Shown here one piece after another: positions 19,837-29,402 of a stretch of DNA of 64,000 nucleotides. Position numbers and translations under genes: made by a program. The stretch is from Muribaculaceae bacterium (GTDB lineage: Bacteria; Bacteroidota; Bacteroidia; Bacteroidales; Muribaculaceae), in contig JAFYYG010000031.1 of NCBI GenBank assembly GCA_017557625.1, positions 1,547 to 65,546 on the forward strand. The letters run 5' to 3'. Within the stretch, counting starts at the first letter, position 1, and every line of letters begins with the position of its first letter. A model generated the notes under the pieces. It had not been told where the DNA came from and did no database searches. It saw only the letters and a list, made by a program, of their open reading frames with translations.

Positions 19837-21393
19837 ATGCAGGATATTTGGCAGAACATATTGACTTACTTAAAGGTGCAGTTTGGCACCCTCGACTTGG
19901 GCAAGCTGCTTAATGAGCTGGTCTATGACCCCGACTCTCCACTCATCTTCTCGAGTGGTATGTTCATGTGCATGTTTGCCATCTTCATCGTGGTCTATGC
20001 GCTGCTTCGCAACAAGTCTCTGGCCCGCACCATCTTTGTGGTGGCGTTCAGCTACTATTTCTACTACAAGAGCAGTGGAATATATTTCTTCTTGTTGGCG
20101 GTAGTCACCTGCTCCGACTATATAATTGGCGACCTGCTGCACAACAGCCATCGGCGATGGGTGCGCAAGCTGCTGGTGCTCTTGAGCTTAGTGATAGACC
20201 TCGGGATGCTGGGCTATTTCAAGTACACCAACTTCTTTGGGCAGTTGTGGGCCGACTTCACTGGTGCGCCGTGGCAGAGGCTTGACATCTTCCTTCCAGT
20301 GGGTATCTCATTCTTCACCTTCCAGTCATTGAGCTACATCATAGACATCTACCGCCGCAAGATAGAGCCAGTTGATAACTTGCTCGACTATGCCTTCTTC
20401 GTTTCGTTCTTCCCTCAGTTGGTGGCAGGTCCCATTGTCAGGGCAAGCGATTTCATCCCGCAGATGTATAAGCCCGTCCATGTCACCCGACAGATGCTTG
20501 GAACAGGATTCTGGTTTATACTCATTGGACTCTTTAAGAAGGCGGTGATTAGCGACTACATTGGTGAGAATTTTGTGGCACGCGTCTTTGAAAACCCCAT
20601 CCAGTTTACCGGCATTGAGAACCTGCTGGGAGCTTACGGCTTTGGTATGCAAATCTATTGCGACTTCTCGGGATATAGCGACATGGCGATAGGTCTGGCA
20701 CTGCTCATGGGATTCCATTTCAACATCAACTTCAACAACCCTTACAAGGCGGCATCGGTGACCGACTTCTGGCGGCGATGGCACATATCACTCAGCACAT
20801 GGCTGCGCGATTATGTATATATCTCGCTCGGAGGAAACCGCAAGGGAAAGATACGTCAATACCTGAACCTGTTCATCACTATGCTGCTGGGAGGACTATG
20901 GCACGGGGCATCGCTCAACTTCGTGTTCTGGGGCGCGCTGCACGGCATAGCTCTGGCGCTGCACAAGATGTGGATGACGATTACGCGGGGAGCCAAATTT
21001 GTGCAGTCGCGGCTGTGGCATGTGTTCATGGTGATTTTCACCTTCCATTTTGTCATCTTCGCATGGCTACTTTTCCGCAACGCCGACATCACATGGAGCG
21101 GCTTGTTCTATAATGGCGAGTGGGGAAAATTGGGAATCATGCTCTCACAGATTACTACCAACCTGCATTTAGAATTGCTGCCCGAAGTGATAGTCAACTA
21201 TAGACACATCTTCGTGTTGATAGCGTTGGGCTACGCGTTGCATTTTGTGCCCGACAGGCTCTCACAACGCTGTCGTGACGTTTTCGTGAAAATGCCAGCA
21301 TTTTTATATGCCGTGGTGCTGATAATCCTTGTGGTGGTTATTGTTCAAGTAAAAACCAGCCAAGTGCAGCCATTCATATATTTCCAGTTCTAA
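19837..21393 (+). CDS. MBOAT-family O-acyltransferase (AlgI/PatA/DltB-like)
   Basis: LPVGISFFTFQ, FFPQLVAGPIVRA, QIYCDFSGYSDMAIG, FWRRWHISLSTWLRDY, GLWHGA, PFIYFQF. Confidence 0.94.
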   Translation: MQDIWQNILTYLKVQFGTLDLGKLLNELVYDPDSPLIFSSGMFMCMFAIFIVVYALLRNKSLARTIFVVAFSYYFYYKSSGIYFFLLAVVTCSDYIIGDLLHNSHRRWVRKLLVLLSLVIDLGMLGYFKYTNFFGQLWADFTGAPWQRLDIFLPVGISFFTFQSLSYIIDIYRRKIEPVDNLLDYAFFVSFFPQLVAGPIVRASDFIPQMYKPVHVTRQMLGTGFWFILIGLFKKAVISDYIGENFVARVFENPIQFTGIENLLGAYGFGMQIYCDFSGYSDMAIGLALLMGFHFNINFNNPYKAASVTDFWRRWHISLSTWLRDYVYISLGGNRKGKIRQYLNLFITMLLGGLWHGASLNFVFWGALHGIALALHKMWMTITRGAKFVQSRLWHVFMVIFTFHFVIFAWLLFRNADITWSGLFYNGEWGKLGIMLSQITTNLHLELLPEVIVNYRHIFVLIALGYALHFVPDRLSQRCRDVFVKMPAFLYAVVLIILVVVIVQVKTSQVQPFIYFQF

Positions 21394-21482
21394 GATTACC
21401 ATCCTCCCAAATACTCAATATCGTTGGAGCGTGGATTATTTCCACATTCCAACGATATTTTTAGTGATTAGACAGAAGCTCT

Positions 21483-22160
21483 CTATCTAACGCCATAGGC
21501 GTTGAGGATGGTGCGCCACTCTTCGGGCAACTTGGCAATTTTGTCGGTTTCGTAGGTCTTGTTGGCATCGATGTTGTCGAAATTGTCGCTAACGACAAGG
21601 GTATAGCGGCATTTCACGCCATATTCGGCATAGGCGTTAGGATCATTAATCTCGATGAGAGTCTCGATGGGCACCAGTTGTTTGCCATGCCAGATGTAGC
21701 GTGTGTAATACTCTGAGCAGTAGCTTCCGGAGCCTTCGCCTGCGATGAATTTCTTGGTGGGGTTAACCAGCAGGTTACCGTTGAGGTACTCTTCTCCAGC
21801 CACAAACTCGCCTTTTTCGTCATCCCACAGCAGAATCATGCTGTAGTTTCTCGAAGCCGCGGGTCCCACGAGGATATCCATGTTGCCGTCGAAGTTTGCG
21901 TCAAAATAATACAAGTCACCGCTTGTGGCTTCGCAGTTGATGGTCTGTGCCAGTTGTCGTCCGCGGTAAATGTTCACGTTGTAGGAGCCGTCTTCCTGTT
22001 GCTCTGTTGCCGCTTTGATAAACGGCAGGGAAGTGGGGCAGCTCGCTACGCTGTAAAACCCATACTTGTCGGTGGCAGGTGTTGGAGCTGTTTGCCCCGA
22101 CGCGGTGAAATTCACGGTCATTGCGATTGCTATCGCAGAAAAAATCAAAAAGTGTTTCAT
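21483..22160 (-). CDS. Hypothetical secreted protein
   Basis: Signal peptide; DANFDGNMD Ca-loop-like motif. Confidence 0.75.
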   Translation of the reverse strand: MKHFLIFSAIAIAMTVNFTASGQTAPTPATDKYGFYSVASCPTSLPFIKAATEQQEDGSYNVNIYRGRQLAQTINCEATSGDLYYFDANFDGNMDILVGPAASRNYSMILLWDDEKGEFVAGEEYLNGNLLVNPTKKFIAGEGSGSYCSEYYTRYIWHGKQLVPIETLIEINDPNAYAEYGVKCRYTLVVSDNFDNIDANKTYETDKIAKLPEEWRTILNAYGVR

Positions 22161-22210
22161 TATCGTTTTTCGTTTATCGTTTATAGTTTATCATGTTTCG
22201 TTATCGGGGA

Positions 22211-22330
22211 TTCTCGGCTTTAATCATGTCGCGGTAGTTGTCTAATTATGTCCCCTGTAGTTCATCAGTATGCTGTTCATCTCGGTGAGGTTGTTGTAAA
22301 CGAGATTCATCATGGTCTTGATGTTCTCTA
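22211..22330 (-). pseudogene. Degenerate duplicate of the 3' part of the Na/Pi cotransporter gene
   Basis: 22211-22242 identical to 23282-23313; 22256-22318 matches 23361-23420 with few substitutions; internal deletion between the two blocks. Confidence 0.85.
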
Positions 22331-22339
22331 AAACCTTAA

Positions 22340-23035
22340 TTATAAATCTTCTCCATTAGCTTGATTGTATACATTATCATAAAACATAGCAATATAATAT
22401 TCATTATAATGTTTTTCAATTCTAAACCAAACTGTTTTTTTTCTTAATAGTTCTTCCATAACTTTTAGTGATGTTATCATCATATCAGTCTTAATGTCTT
22501 CTGTTGCATTTTCTAGTTCATCAGGACTATATTTTTCATAAATGGCTTGTAACATATTATTTTTTAATGCAACCGTATCTATTTTACTATCATCAGGTTT
22601 CTGAAAAAATACAGCTTCATAGACCTTATTATGTACATTCATTTCATAGGATATATTTTCATTGTCTGGTATTCTCTGGTTTTCTATAGGCGATGAATAT
22701 CTGCTGTTACGTTCAAATTGGTTTACTAAATTATTAAATCTAATTCTTATGTTAGCTTCATCAAGAGTATTCTCATCAGCTAGCATAATTCTATAAACTT
22801 TGTTGTTGTTTGTTCCTATATAAACATGTACTTTAGATCCATTAAATTCACCTTCGAGAAAATCAAATTCTTTAGTTTTTGTTGGAGTAAAGCCTTTATT
22901 AATAAGTTTCTGTCTCATTTCCGATTTAGTGCCATCAACAGGGATGCCCAAAAAAGTAGTCACGTCTTCTTGAGCAAAAATAAATAATGATGTAATCAAT
23001 AGAAATGATAGTAATGTTATGATTCTTGTTCTCAT
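22340..23035 (-). CDS. Hypothetical secreted protein, very AT-rich
   Basis: Signal peptide; TFLGIPVDGTKSEMRQKLINKGF, EGEFNG. Confidence 0.78.
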   Translation of the reverse strand: MRTRIITLLSFLLITSLFIFAQEDVTTFLGIPVDGTKSEMRQKLINKGFTPTKTKEFDFLEGEFNGSKVHVYIGTNNNKVYRIMLADENTLDEANIRIRFNNLVNQFERNSRYSSPIENQRIPDNENISYEMNVHNKVYEAVFFQKPDDSKIDTVALKNNMLQAIYEKYSPDELENATEDIKTDMMITSLKVMEELLRKKTVWFRIEKHYNEYYIAMFYDNVYNQANGEDL

Positions 23036-23142
23036 ACCGCATTTAGTTTATATATTGAAAAGAGTTTTCTGATTAGACATTCTCACTTGTCAAAAAAGCT
23101 TCATAATTACCATTTAGTCCATAGAGCAATTCATTTTAAATT

Positions 23143-24852
23143 TCATTCTTTCTTCTTCACACCAAGTCGGGCTTCCACCACGTTGAGGACGTAGTCGCCC
23201 ACTGTCTCGCATTCGTCGAAGATGTCGCTGTACATGGTGCCAATGGCGTAGCTGTACTTCTGCTCGTTGACGTCGCTGAAGTTCTCGGCTTTAATCATGT
23301 CGCGGTAGTTGTCGATTTCGTTCTCGATGTTATAGGCGCGGTTGATGTTGCTGTGTTCCTTGTAGTTCACCAGTATGCTGTTCATCTCGGTGAGGCTGTT
23401 GTCAACGAGATCCATCATGTTTTTGATATTTTTAATCTGGTATCCAGAGAACTGCTCTTTGCCTGTTTTGTAGCGGTTGATGATGCGGGCTATCTTGTAG
23501 CAGCTGTCGCCAATACTCTCTATCTCGGATATCTCACGCAGCATGGCACGCATTTTGGCCTTGGTGTCGTCGCTGAGGTGGGCGTCGCTCACGTCGTGGA
23601 GGTAATTGGCGATGTCGGTTTCCATCTGGTCGCTGATTTCCTCATATTTCTCAATGCGTGAATATAGCTTCACAAATTTGTCCTTATCCTCCTCATCGAG
23701 CAGGGTTTTCGTCATGCCAAACATGCTCTGGATGCGCTCACCAAATGCCTTGATTTCCTTCTGCGCCTCGAGCACCGAGAGCTCGGGGGTCTTCATGATA
23801 CCCGAGGTGATGAAATGCAGCTTGAAGTCGTCTTCCTCATCCTCACGGCGCGGCTTGATAATGGCGCACACTAGTTTCTCGATTTGCGGTATGAACCAGA
23901 TGAGGATTGCAGTGTTGGTGATGTTGAATGCCGAGTGGAAGCCTGCGAGAACTACCGAAATCTTGGCTAAGTTGGCCTCATAGCCAGGGTCGGTTGCTGC
24001 CATGTTCTGATCAAAGCCTACCATATCGCAAACGAGCCCAACAAACGGCTTGAGCAGAATCAGTGACCAGATAACACCTATAATGTTGTAGGTGAAGTGG
24101 GCCAATGCCGCTCGCCGTGCCTGCACGTTGGCACCGAGCGCGGCGATATTGGCTGTGATAGTGGTTCCTATGTTCTCGCCGAGCACAAGCATGATACCCT
24201 GGTTGATGCTCATCACCCCTGTGGAGCATAGAATCATGGTGATAGCCATCATGGCTGCCGATGACTGCACGCATAGGGTGAGGATGCTGCCGATGACAAG
24301 AAATAGCAGGCTGCTCCAAATCGAGTCGCCGAACTGCGAGAAGAACGCCATGATGCCGTCGCGCATATCGGGGTTGGTGGCGAAATCGGTACCTGTGGCT
24401 TTCAGGGTTCCCAGTCCTAGGAACAGGAACGCCACACCAAAGAGGAAATCACCTATCACGCGGCGTTTTTTCATATAAATCAAAATGATGCCGATGAAGA
24501 ACGCGGGATATACGAAGTTGGTGATGTCGAACGAGAATCCCAGGCTCATAATCCATGCCGTGACGGTGGTACCGATGTTGGCACCCATAATCACCGAGAT
24601 GGCTTGGATAAGAGTCAACAGACCAGCGTTGACAAACGACACCGTCATCAGCGTGGTGGCGGTGGAACTCTGCACTGCCGCAGTCACGGCCACACCGGTG
24701 AGCATTCCAGTGAAGCGGTTGGTGGTCATTGCACCAAGAACTCGGCGCAGCTGCGGACCAGCCATCTTCTGAAGGCTCTCGCTCATCGATTTCATACCGA
24801 ACATGAGCAGGGCGAGAGAGCCAATAAGCTTGAAAACAACCCAAATGTCCAT
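23143..24852 (-). CDS. Na/Pi cotransporter family protein with PhoU-like C-terminal domains
   Basis: Two QSS motifs (VQSSTAT, VQSSAA), GANIGTT/GENIGTT; helical C-terminus with EIESIGD, ECETVGD. Confidence 0.93.
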   Translation of the reverse strand: MDIWVVFKLIGSLALLMFGMKSMSESLQKMAGPQLRRVLGAMTTNRFTGMLTGVAVTAAVQSSTATTLMTVSFVNAGLLTLIQAISVIMGANIGTTVTAWIMSLGFSFDITNFVYPAFFIGIILIYMKKRRVIGDFLFGVAFLFLGLGTLKATGTDFATNPDMRDGIMAFFSQFGDSIWSSLLFLVIGSILTLCVQSSAAMMAITMILCSTGVMSINQGIMLVLGENIGTTITANIAALGANVQARRAALAHFTYNIIGVIWSLILLKPFVGLVCDMVGFDQNMAATDPGYEANLAKISVVLAGFHSAFNITNTAILIWFIPQIEKLVCAIIKPRREDEEDDFKLHFITSGIMKTPELSVLEAQKEIKAFGERIQSMFGMTKTLLDEEDKDKFVKLYSRIEKYEEISDQMETDIANYLHDVSDAHLSDDTKAKMRAMLREISEIESIGDSCYKIARIINRYKTGKEQFSGYQIKNIKNMMDLVDNSLTEMNSILVNYKEHSNINRAYNIENEIDNYRDMIKAENFSDVNEQKYSYAIGTMYSDIFDECETVGDYVLNVVEARLGVKKKE

Positions 24853-24967
24853 AAATAGAGCGTGGTTTTATTGATTTGCGGTGCAAAAATAATAAAAAAA
24901 AATTATTTTCTTCCTATTTACACTCGTTTATTTAAAAACTGACTTTGAAATAAAAAAATATGCGAGA

Positions 24968-25161
24968 GGGTGTGTCAAAATTCGATATTACTTGCAGTTC
25001 CCCCTCTAAGATATAGGGGGTAAGGGGGAGTATGACAGGCACAAGAATTTGAGATGATGTTGATTGTCAGCACATTCGGCATTTTCATACTCCTCCGCCC
25101 TACGGGACCTCCTCTATTTTAGAGGAGGAATTTTCATTAGATTCCGCATTTTGACACACCC
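24968..25161. mobile_element. MITE-like element with 14-bp TIRs enclosing a REP-like pair
   Basis: GGGTGTGTCAAAAT / ATTTTGACACACCC; internal ccctctaagatatagggggtaagggggagtatga is shared with 8067-8099. Confidence 0.7.
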
Positions 25162-25241
25162 ACTTGAGAATGTTGATTTTATCTAACCAAAAATCTTTTT
25201 GCCGTTCTCGATTACGATGCCGCGATAGTTGCTGTCAACTA

Positions 25242-25283
25242 GACAATAAAAGTGGACTTTAAACAAAGCCCACTTTTATTGTC
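25242..25283 (-). terminator. Hairpin/terminator
   Basis: gacaataaaagtgg...ccacttttattgtc. Confidence 0.6.
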
Positions 25284-25387
25284 ATTTAGTGATCAGTTTC
25301 TTCTCTTATTTGATAACAACGTTGAGCTTCGCTCCAAGTTGTTCACGTTCGGAATAACTTGAGCAAGCTTAGTTATTCTCTCACTTA

Positions 25388-25561
25388 AAAATGCGATTAA
25401 GCGAGACAAAGCATGAGGTTAGATAAATTAGGCGGCACCTCGGCAAAGCCCAAGCAAGGTTTAATAACAAGGGCTTGACACTGTACTCTCCTTGCACCTT
25501 GTTTGACTTTGCTCTCGGTTTGCACTAATTTTGCTCAATGCTTTGCGAGCGTGAGCATTTT
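25388..25561 (+). repeat. AAAATGC...GCATTTT element interrupted by nested palindromic inserts
   Basis: Ends match 8110-8170 and 63729-63789; centre holds aaattaggcggcacctcggcaaag...ctttgctctcggtttgcactaattt. Confidence 0.7.
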
Positions 25562-27338
25562 ATTTAATCACAACTTTCTTACCGTTGTTGATGTAGATGC
25601 CGGGAACAACGGGCTTGCCGTTGAACTTCTGACCATTGAGGTTGTACCACTCATTGCTTTGGCTGTCAACAGTGATGTTGCTGATACCAGTCTCCTCAGC
25701 CTTAGTAACCTTCAGCATTGGAACACCGTCCTTAGCAGATACGAGCTCGAAGTTGTAAGTGCCAGCCTCTGCAATGCGGAAGTTAGCACCGTCGCACATA
25801 GTGATGTTAACACCATAGAGATCCTCGTTGATCAGGAAGTAGCCAACTTGGTTGTCGTCAACGCCACCGTACCAGATCCACTCACCCTCAGTCTCAGCAG
25901 GAGTGATAACCTTGAACTCAGCATCAGCCTCGAGAGTTACCTCTTCAACCTTGTTCTCAACAAACTCAAGCATGCCGTCAACTTGGCTCCAGCCATTGAA
26001 TGTACCAACCAGGTAGAACTCATTATATTCAACAGCAGCGGCTGGCAAATAAATCACCTCTCCAAGAGATTCAATGTCGGCTTTGTCAACAATCACCTCG
26101 GCGATGTGCTCGGCATCTTGCACCTCAACGTTCCAGGTGTTGCCCTGAGCGTAAGATGTGTTAGCGGTGTTGTTGTACCAGTCATACTTCACGTATGGGT
26201 CGCCATTGCCGTTGTCGATAAATACGTTTCCGCCAGGGTTGTATTCCATATCCTTGTCCTCTCCAACATAGCCTGCGTTGATATCAACATTGCCAATCAC
26301 AGTAACGCCCCACACATTGCCCTCGATGTGGTTGCCCTGCATATAGGCCTTGGCGATAATGCCTTCGCCAGAAGAGTTGCAAGTGATGTTAAGACCGCTA
26401 CCTCCATTGTTGGGATTGGCGATGTACTTATTGTTTAGCACGGTGTTGCCAATCATGCGCACATAGCCAGGACCAGTGAGGGTGATGCCATAAGAACAAT
26501 CCTCAACAAAGTTGTTGGTGACATAGAGAGTGCCAGTGGGTGGGTTGCCCAGCAGGCAAGCCAGAGCAATACCTCCAGAGCGCGTCTCGGCGGCAGGACC
26601 GTGAACTTCATTGCCGTCGATAATAATGTCGTAAGGACCTGTAGCGCTCATGTTGATGCCTGGATAGAGGCGGCTACTGGCTGTGGGTTTGTTGATGACA
26701 TTGTCCTTGATGGTAATGCCGCAAGCCACATTGGCACCACTTGCTACTGCCGAGAGGGTGGGGTCGTTGAATTCGCAATCCTGAACCAAGTTGCCCTTGC
26801 TCAGCGAGGTGAAGTTGATAACAGCATTTCCACCCTTTGAGTTGTGGTTGTTGAAAGTGCAACCAGTGACTGTGAGGCAGCCTTCCTCAGTACCATTGCC
26901 ATAGTTGATACCCACATAGTTGAAGGTGCTGTTTGTGATAGTTGCTGAAGCGCCTTCCATGTACATGCGGAATCCTTTGGCCTTGGCTTCGGAGCCTTCG
27001 GCGGCACCGATAGTGGCGCCATTGATGGTGAGGTTACCGTTAATTTCCATTGATGTTGATCCACCAAAGAGCAGAGTCTCGCCTTCGCTGATGATCAGGT
27101 CACCATTGATGGTGAAGTAGGTCTTAGTGAGCACAATGTTGTTGTCGTCATAGCCAAGACCGCTAACGCCGTCGGGCAGCGATGCGGGCAAGTTCACTAC
27201 ATAAGCTCCATCGACCACGGCAACACCGGTGCCGTCCTCAAGAGCAGGAACCAACTCGGCCAGTTGGCTAAGAGTGTAGGTGTTAGCACTTGCCATCAAG
27301 GCAATCGCCATAAAGCACAGAGTAAAAATTTTCTTCAT
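25560..27338 (-). CDS. T9SS-secreted protein with right-handed beta-helix repeats and a SusE-like C-terminal module
   Basis: Signal peptide MKKIFTLCF; IIIDGNEVH, VTNNFVEDCSYGITL, MIGNTVLNN repeats; FYLVGTFNGWS..EFKV; CTD TGISNI..WYNLNGQK..PGIYINNGKKVVIK. Confidence 0.8.
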   Translation of the reverse strand: MKKIFTLCFMAIALMASANTYTLSQLAELVPALEDGTGVAVVDGAYVVNLPASLPDGVSGLGYDDNNIVLTKTYFTINGDLIISEGETLLFGGSTSMEINGNLTINGATIGAAEGSEAKAKGFRMYMEGASATITNSTFNYVGINYGNGTEEGCLTVTGCTFNNHNSKGGNAVINFTSLSKGNLVQDCEFNDPTLSAVASGANVACGITIKDNVINKPTASSRLYPGINMSATGPYDIIIDGNEVHGPAAETRSGGIALACLLGNPPTGTLYVTNNFVEDCSYGITLTGPGYVRMIGNTVLNNKYIANPNNGGSGLNITCNSSGEGIIAKAYMQGNHIEGNVWGVTVIGNVDINAGYVGEDKDMEYNPGGNVFIDNGNGDPYVKYDWYNNTANTSYAQGNTWNVEVQDAEHIAEVIVDKADIESLGEVIYLPAAAVEYNEFYLVGTFNGWSQVDGMLEFVENKVEEVTLEADAEFKVITPAETEGEWIWYGGVDDNQVGYFLINEDLYGVNITMCDGANFRIAEAGTYNFELVSAKDGVPMLKVTKAEETGISNITVDSQSNEWYNLNGQKFNGKPVVPGIYINNGKKVVIK

Positions 27339-27755
27339 GTGTAGTTGGGTTAAAAAGTTAATAAAAAAGATTTGTGATGTTGAACATATTAATGTTAAAC
27401 TATCACATTGCAAAGATAATAATTTTTTTTACAATGTCGCAAATTTATGAAATGTTTTTCGGCAATCACATGGCATTTTGAGCTCTATAGTTACTCTTTT
27501 TTAGTAGAAAATTGTTGCAATTTTTGTTTTTTTATTATTGATGCATTACCTTTGCATACCGAAAAAACAGTTAAGGTGGGTTCTATAAATTAAGAAAAAG
27601 TAATAATATGTGTTGGCTGTATTTTGTTTTCTGTCGGCATATTTTTACTTAAACTCTTGAAATGTAGCCCGCTACTATTCTTCAACTTTAAGAAAAAATC
27701 TACTCGACATAAGATCAAAATCCATCTCAATTAATTTATAGAACCCACCTTGACA

Positions 27756-28358
27756 ATGGACGTTAAGCAAACTATGATAGAAATCTTGGCTGCCGAGAGT
27801 GAGGCGATACGCAACATTCCCGTGACCGACCAGTATGAGAGAGCCGTGGAGCTGATAGTGCAGCGCGTGCATGAGCAAGGCGGCAAACTCGTGACTTCGG
27901 GCATGGGGAAATGCGGTCAGATTGCCGACAATATCGCCACTACCTTCTCATCGACAGGCATCCCTGCTATCTTCCTGCATCCCAGCGAGGCGCAGCATGG
28001 CGACTTGGGCGTATTGCAGCCTGGCGACGTGATGCTGCTGCTCTCCAACTCGGGGCGCACCACCGAGATTATGGCGCTCGTGTCGCTCGCCAAGGAGCTA
28101 TATAGCCAAGTGCCTATCATCGTGATAACCGGCACCCCCTCCAGCGAGCTGGCGCAGCTTGCCGACGTGTGCCTCGCCACTGGCGGAGCGCCTGAGGTGT
28201 GTCCGCTGGGTCTCACCCCCACCACTTCCACCACGATGATGACTGTGATGGGCGATGTGCTGGTGGTGAGCGTTATGAAAGCCACCGGCTTCACCCGCGA
28301 AGACTACGCCAAGCGCCATCATGGCGGCTACCTGGGCCGCATGAGCCGGATTGGATAA
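27756..28358 (+). CDS. SIS-domain sugar-phosphate isomerase (KpsF/GutQ-like, no CBS domains)
   Basis: SGMGKCG, FLHPSEAQHGDLG, SNSGRT, PLGLTPTTST, HHGGYLG. Confidence 0.92.
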   Translation: MDVKQTMIEILAAESEAIRNIPVTDQYERAVELIVQRVHEQGGKLVTSGMGKCGQIADNIATTFSSTGIPAIFLHPSEAQHGDLGVLQPGDVMLLLSNSGRTTEIMALVSLAKELYSQVPIIVITGTPSSELAQLADVCLATGGAPEVCPLGLTPTTSTTMMTVMGDVLVVSVMKATGFTREDYAKRHHGGYLGRMSRIG

Positions 28359-28434
28359 TGCATAATTCATAATGCTCGACTGCTCGAGTACTAGAAAGTT
28401 CAAAAACTCGATAAGTAAGAAAAAAACATATAAA

Positions 28435-29364
28435 ATGCGAAAAATTATTGCCATTGGGGAGTCGATTCTCGACACCATTTATCAAGATTATAAACCTATG
28501 CGTTCTTTTGTTGGTGGACGCGTGAGCAACGCCGCAGCTGCTCTCGGCGACCTGGAGCTTCCAGTGTCGATGGTCAGCGAGTGCTGCACCGACAAGGTGG
28601 GCGACTGGGTGGTGGATTTCTTTGAGAGGCACAATGTCAATACCAAGTCTATAGACCGATATACCGACGGCTCCACACCATTTGCCGCAATCTTTAAAGA
28701 GGATGGCGAGCCCGACAAGATAGTGAACTACGGCGAGTATCCCGACAACCGTTTCAATGTGATATGGCCCCGCATCGATGAGGACGACATCGTGCTCTTT
28801 GGCTCCTATTATGCCATCGACCTGCCTCAGCGCGAGAAGCTCTATGACCTGCTATCTTACGCCGCCGAGCGCAAGGCAATCGTTATCTATCTGCCTGGAT
28901 TCCAGCACGGCACGCAATTCAATTTCACAAAGGTGATGCCATGCATCCTTGAGAACTTTGAGGTGTCGAGCATTGTCATCGACCACGACAAGGACATCAA
29001 CAACATGTTCACCGACCAGGACAGCGACAAGGTGTATAACAACCACATCAAGTTCTACGGTCCCACCTATATCCACATCACCCCCGACACTAGCGCCACT
29101 ATCTATAAAGGCGTTGATAAGACCGAGGTGCCGTTCTCTTGCCAGAGCGACAACCACTTGGGATGGCAGGCGGGCTTTATTGCCGGAGTGATACACCAGC
29201 TCATTGAGCGCGACCTCAAGCACGGAGACATAGAGATAGAGTATATAGAGCCAAGCGTGTGGCAAGAGGTGATGATTCAGGCATTTGACTTTGCCGCCAC
29301 TTGCGCCGCCAGCCCAACCAATGGCCTGAGCGACGAGTTTGTCAAAGCTCACAGAATTGGGTGA
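28435..29364 (+). CDS. PfkB-family carbohydrate kinase-like protein
   Basis: MRKIIAIGESILD, GGRVSNAA, DKVGD, AGFIAG; the canonical GAGD anion-hole motif is degenerate (LGWQ). Confidence 0.78.
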   Translation: MRKIIAIGESILDTIYQDYKPMRSFVGGRVSNAAAALGDLELPVSMVSECCTDKVGDWVVDFFERHNVNTKSIDRYTDGSTPFAAIFKEDGEPDKIVNYGEYPDNRFNVIWPRIDEDDIVLFGSYYAIDLPQREKLYDLLSYAAERKAIVIYLPGFQHGTQFNFTKVMPCILENFEVSSIVIDHDKDINNMFTDQDSDKVYNNHIKFYGPTYIHITPDTSATIYKGVDKTEVPFSCQSDNHLGWQAGFIAGVIHQLIERDLKHGDIEIEYIEPSVWQEVMIQAFDFAATCAASPTNGLSDEFVKAHRIG

Positions 29365-29402
29365 ACTATGAACAATGAATTGTGAACTCTGAACTCTGAA
29401 CT

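Noticed and set aside
22211-23430. Duplicated segment as a DGR template/variable repeat pair
   Set aside because: Some mismatches are A versus G on the coding strand but others are not adenine-specific; there is an internal deletion and no reverse transcriptase in the window
25503-26438. Long antisense ORFs (also 35490-36581, 45727-46914, 58117-59100, 61850-62671)
   Set aside because: Shadow frames of well-supported genes caused by codon bias
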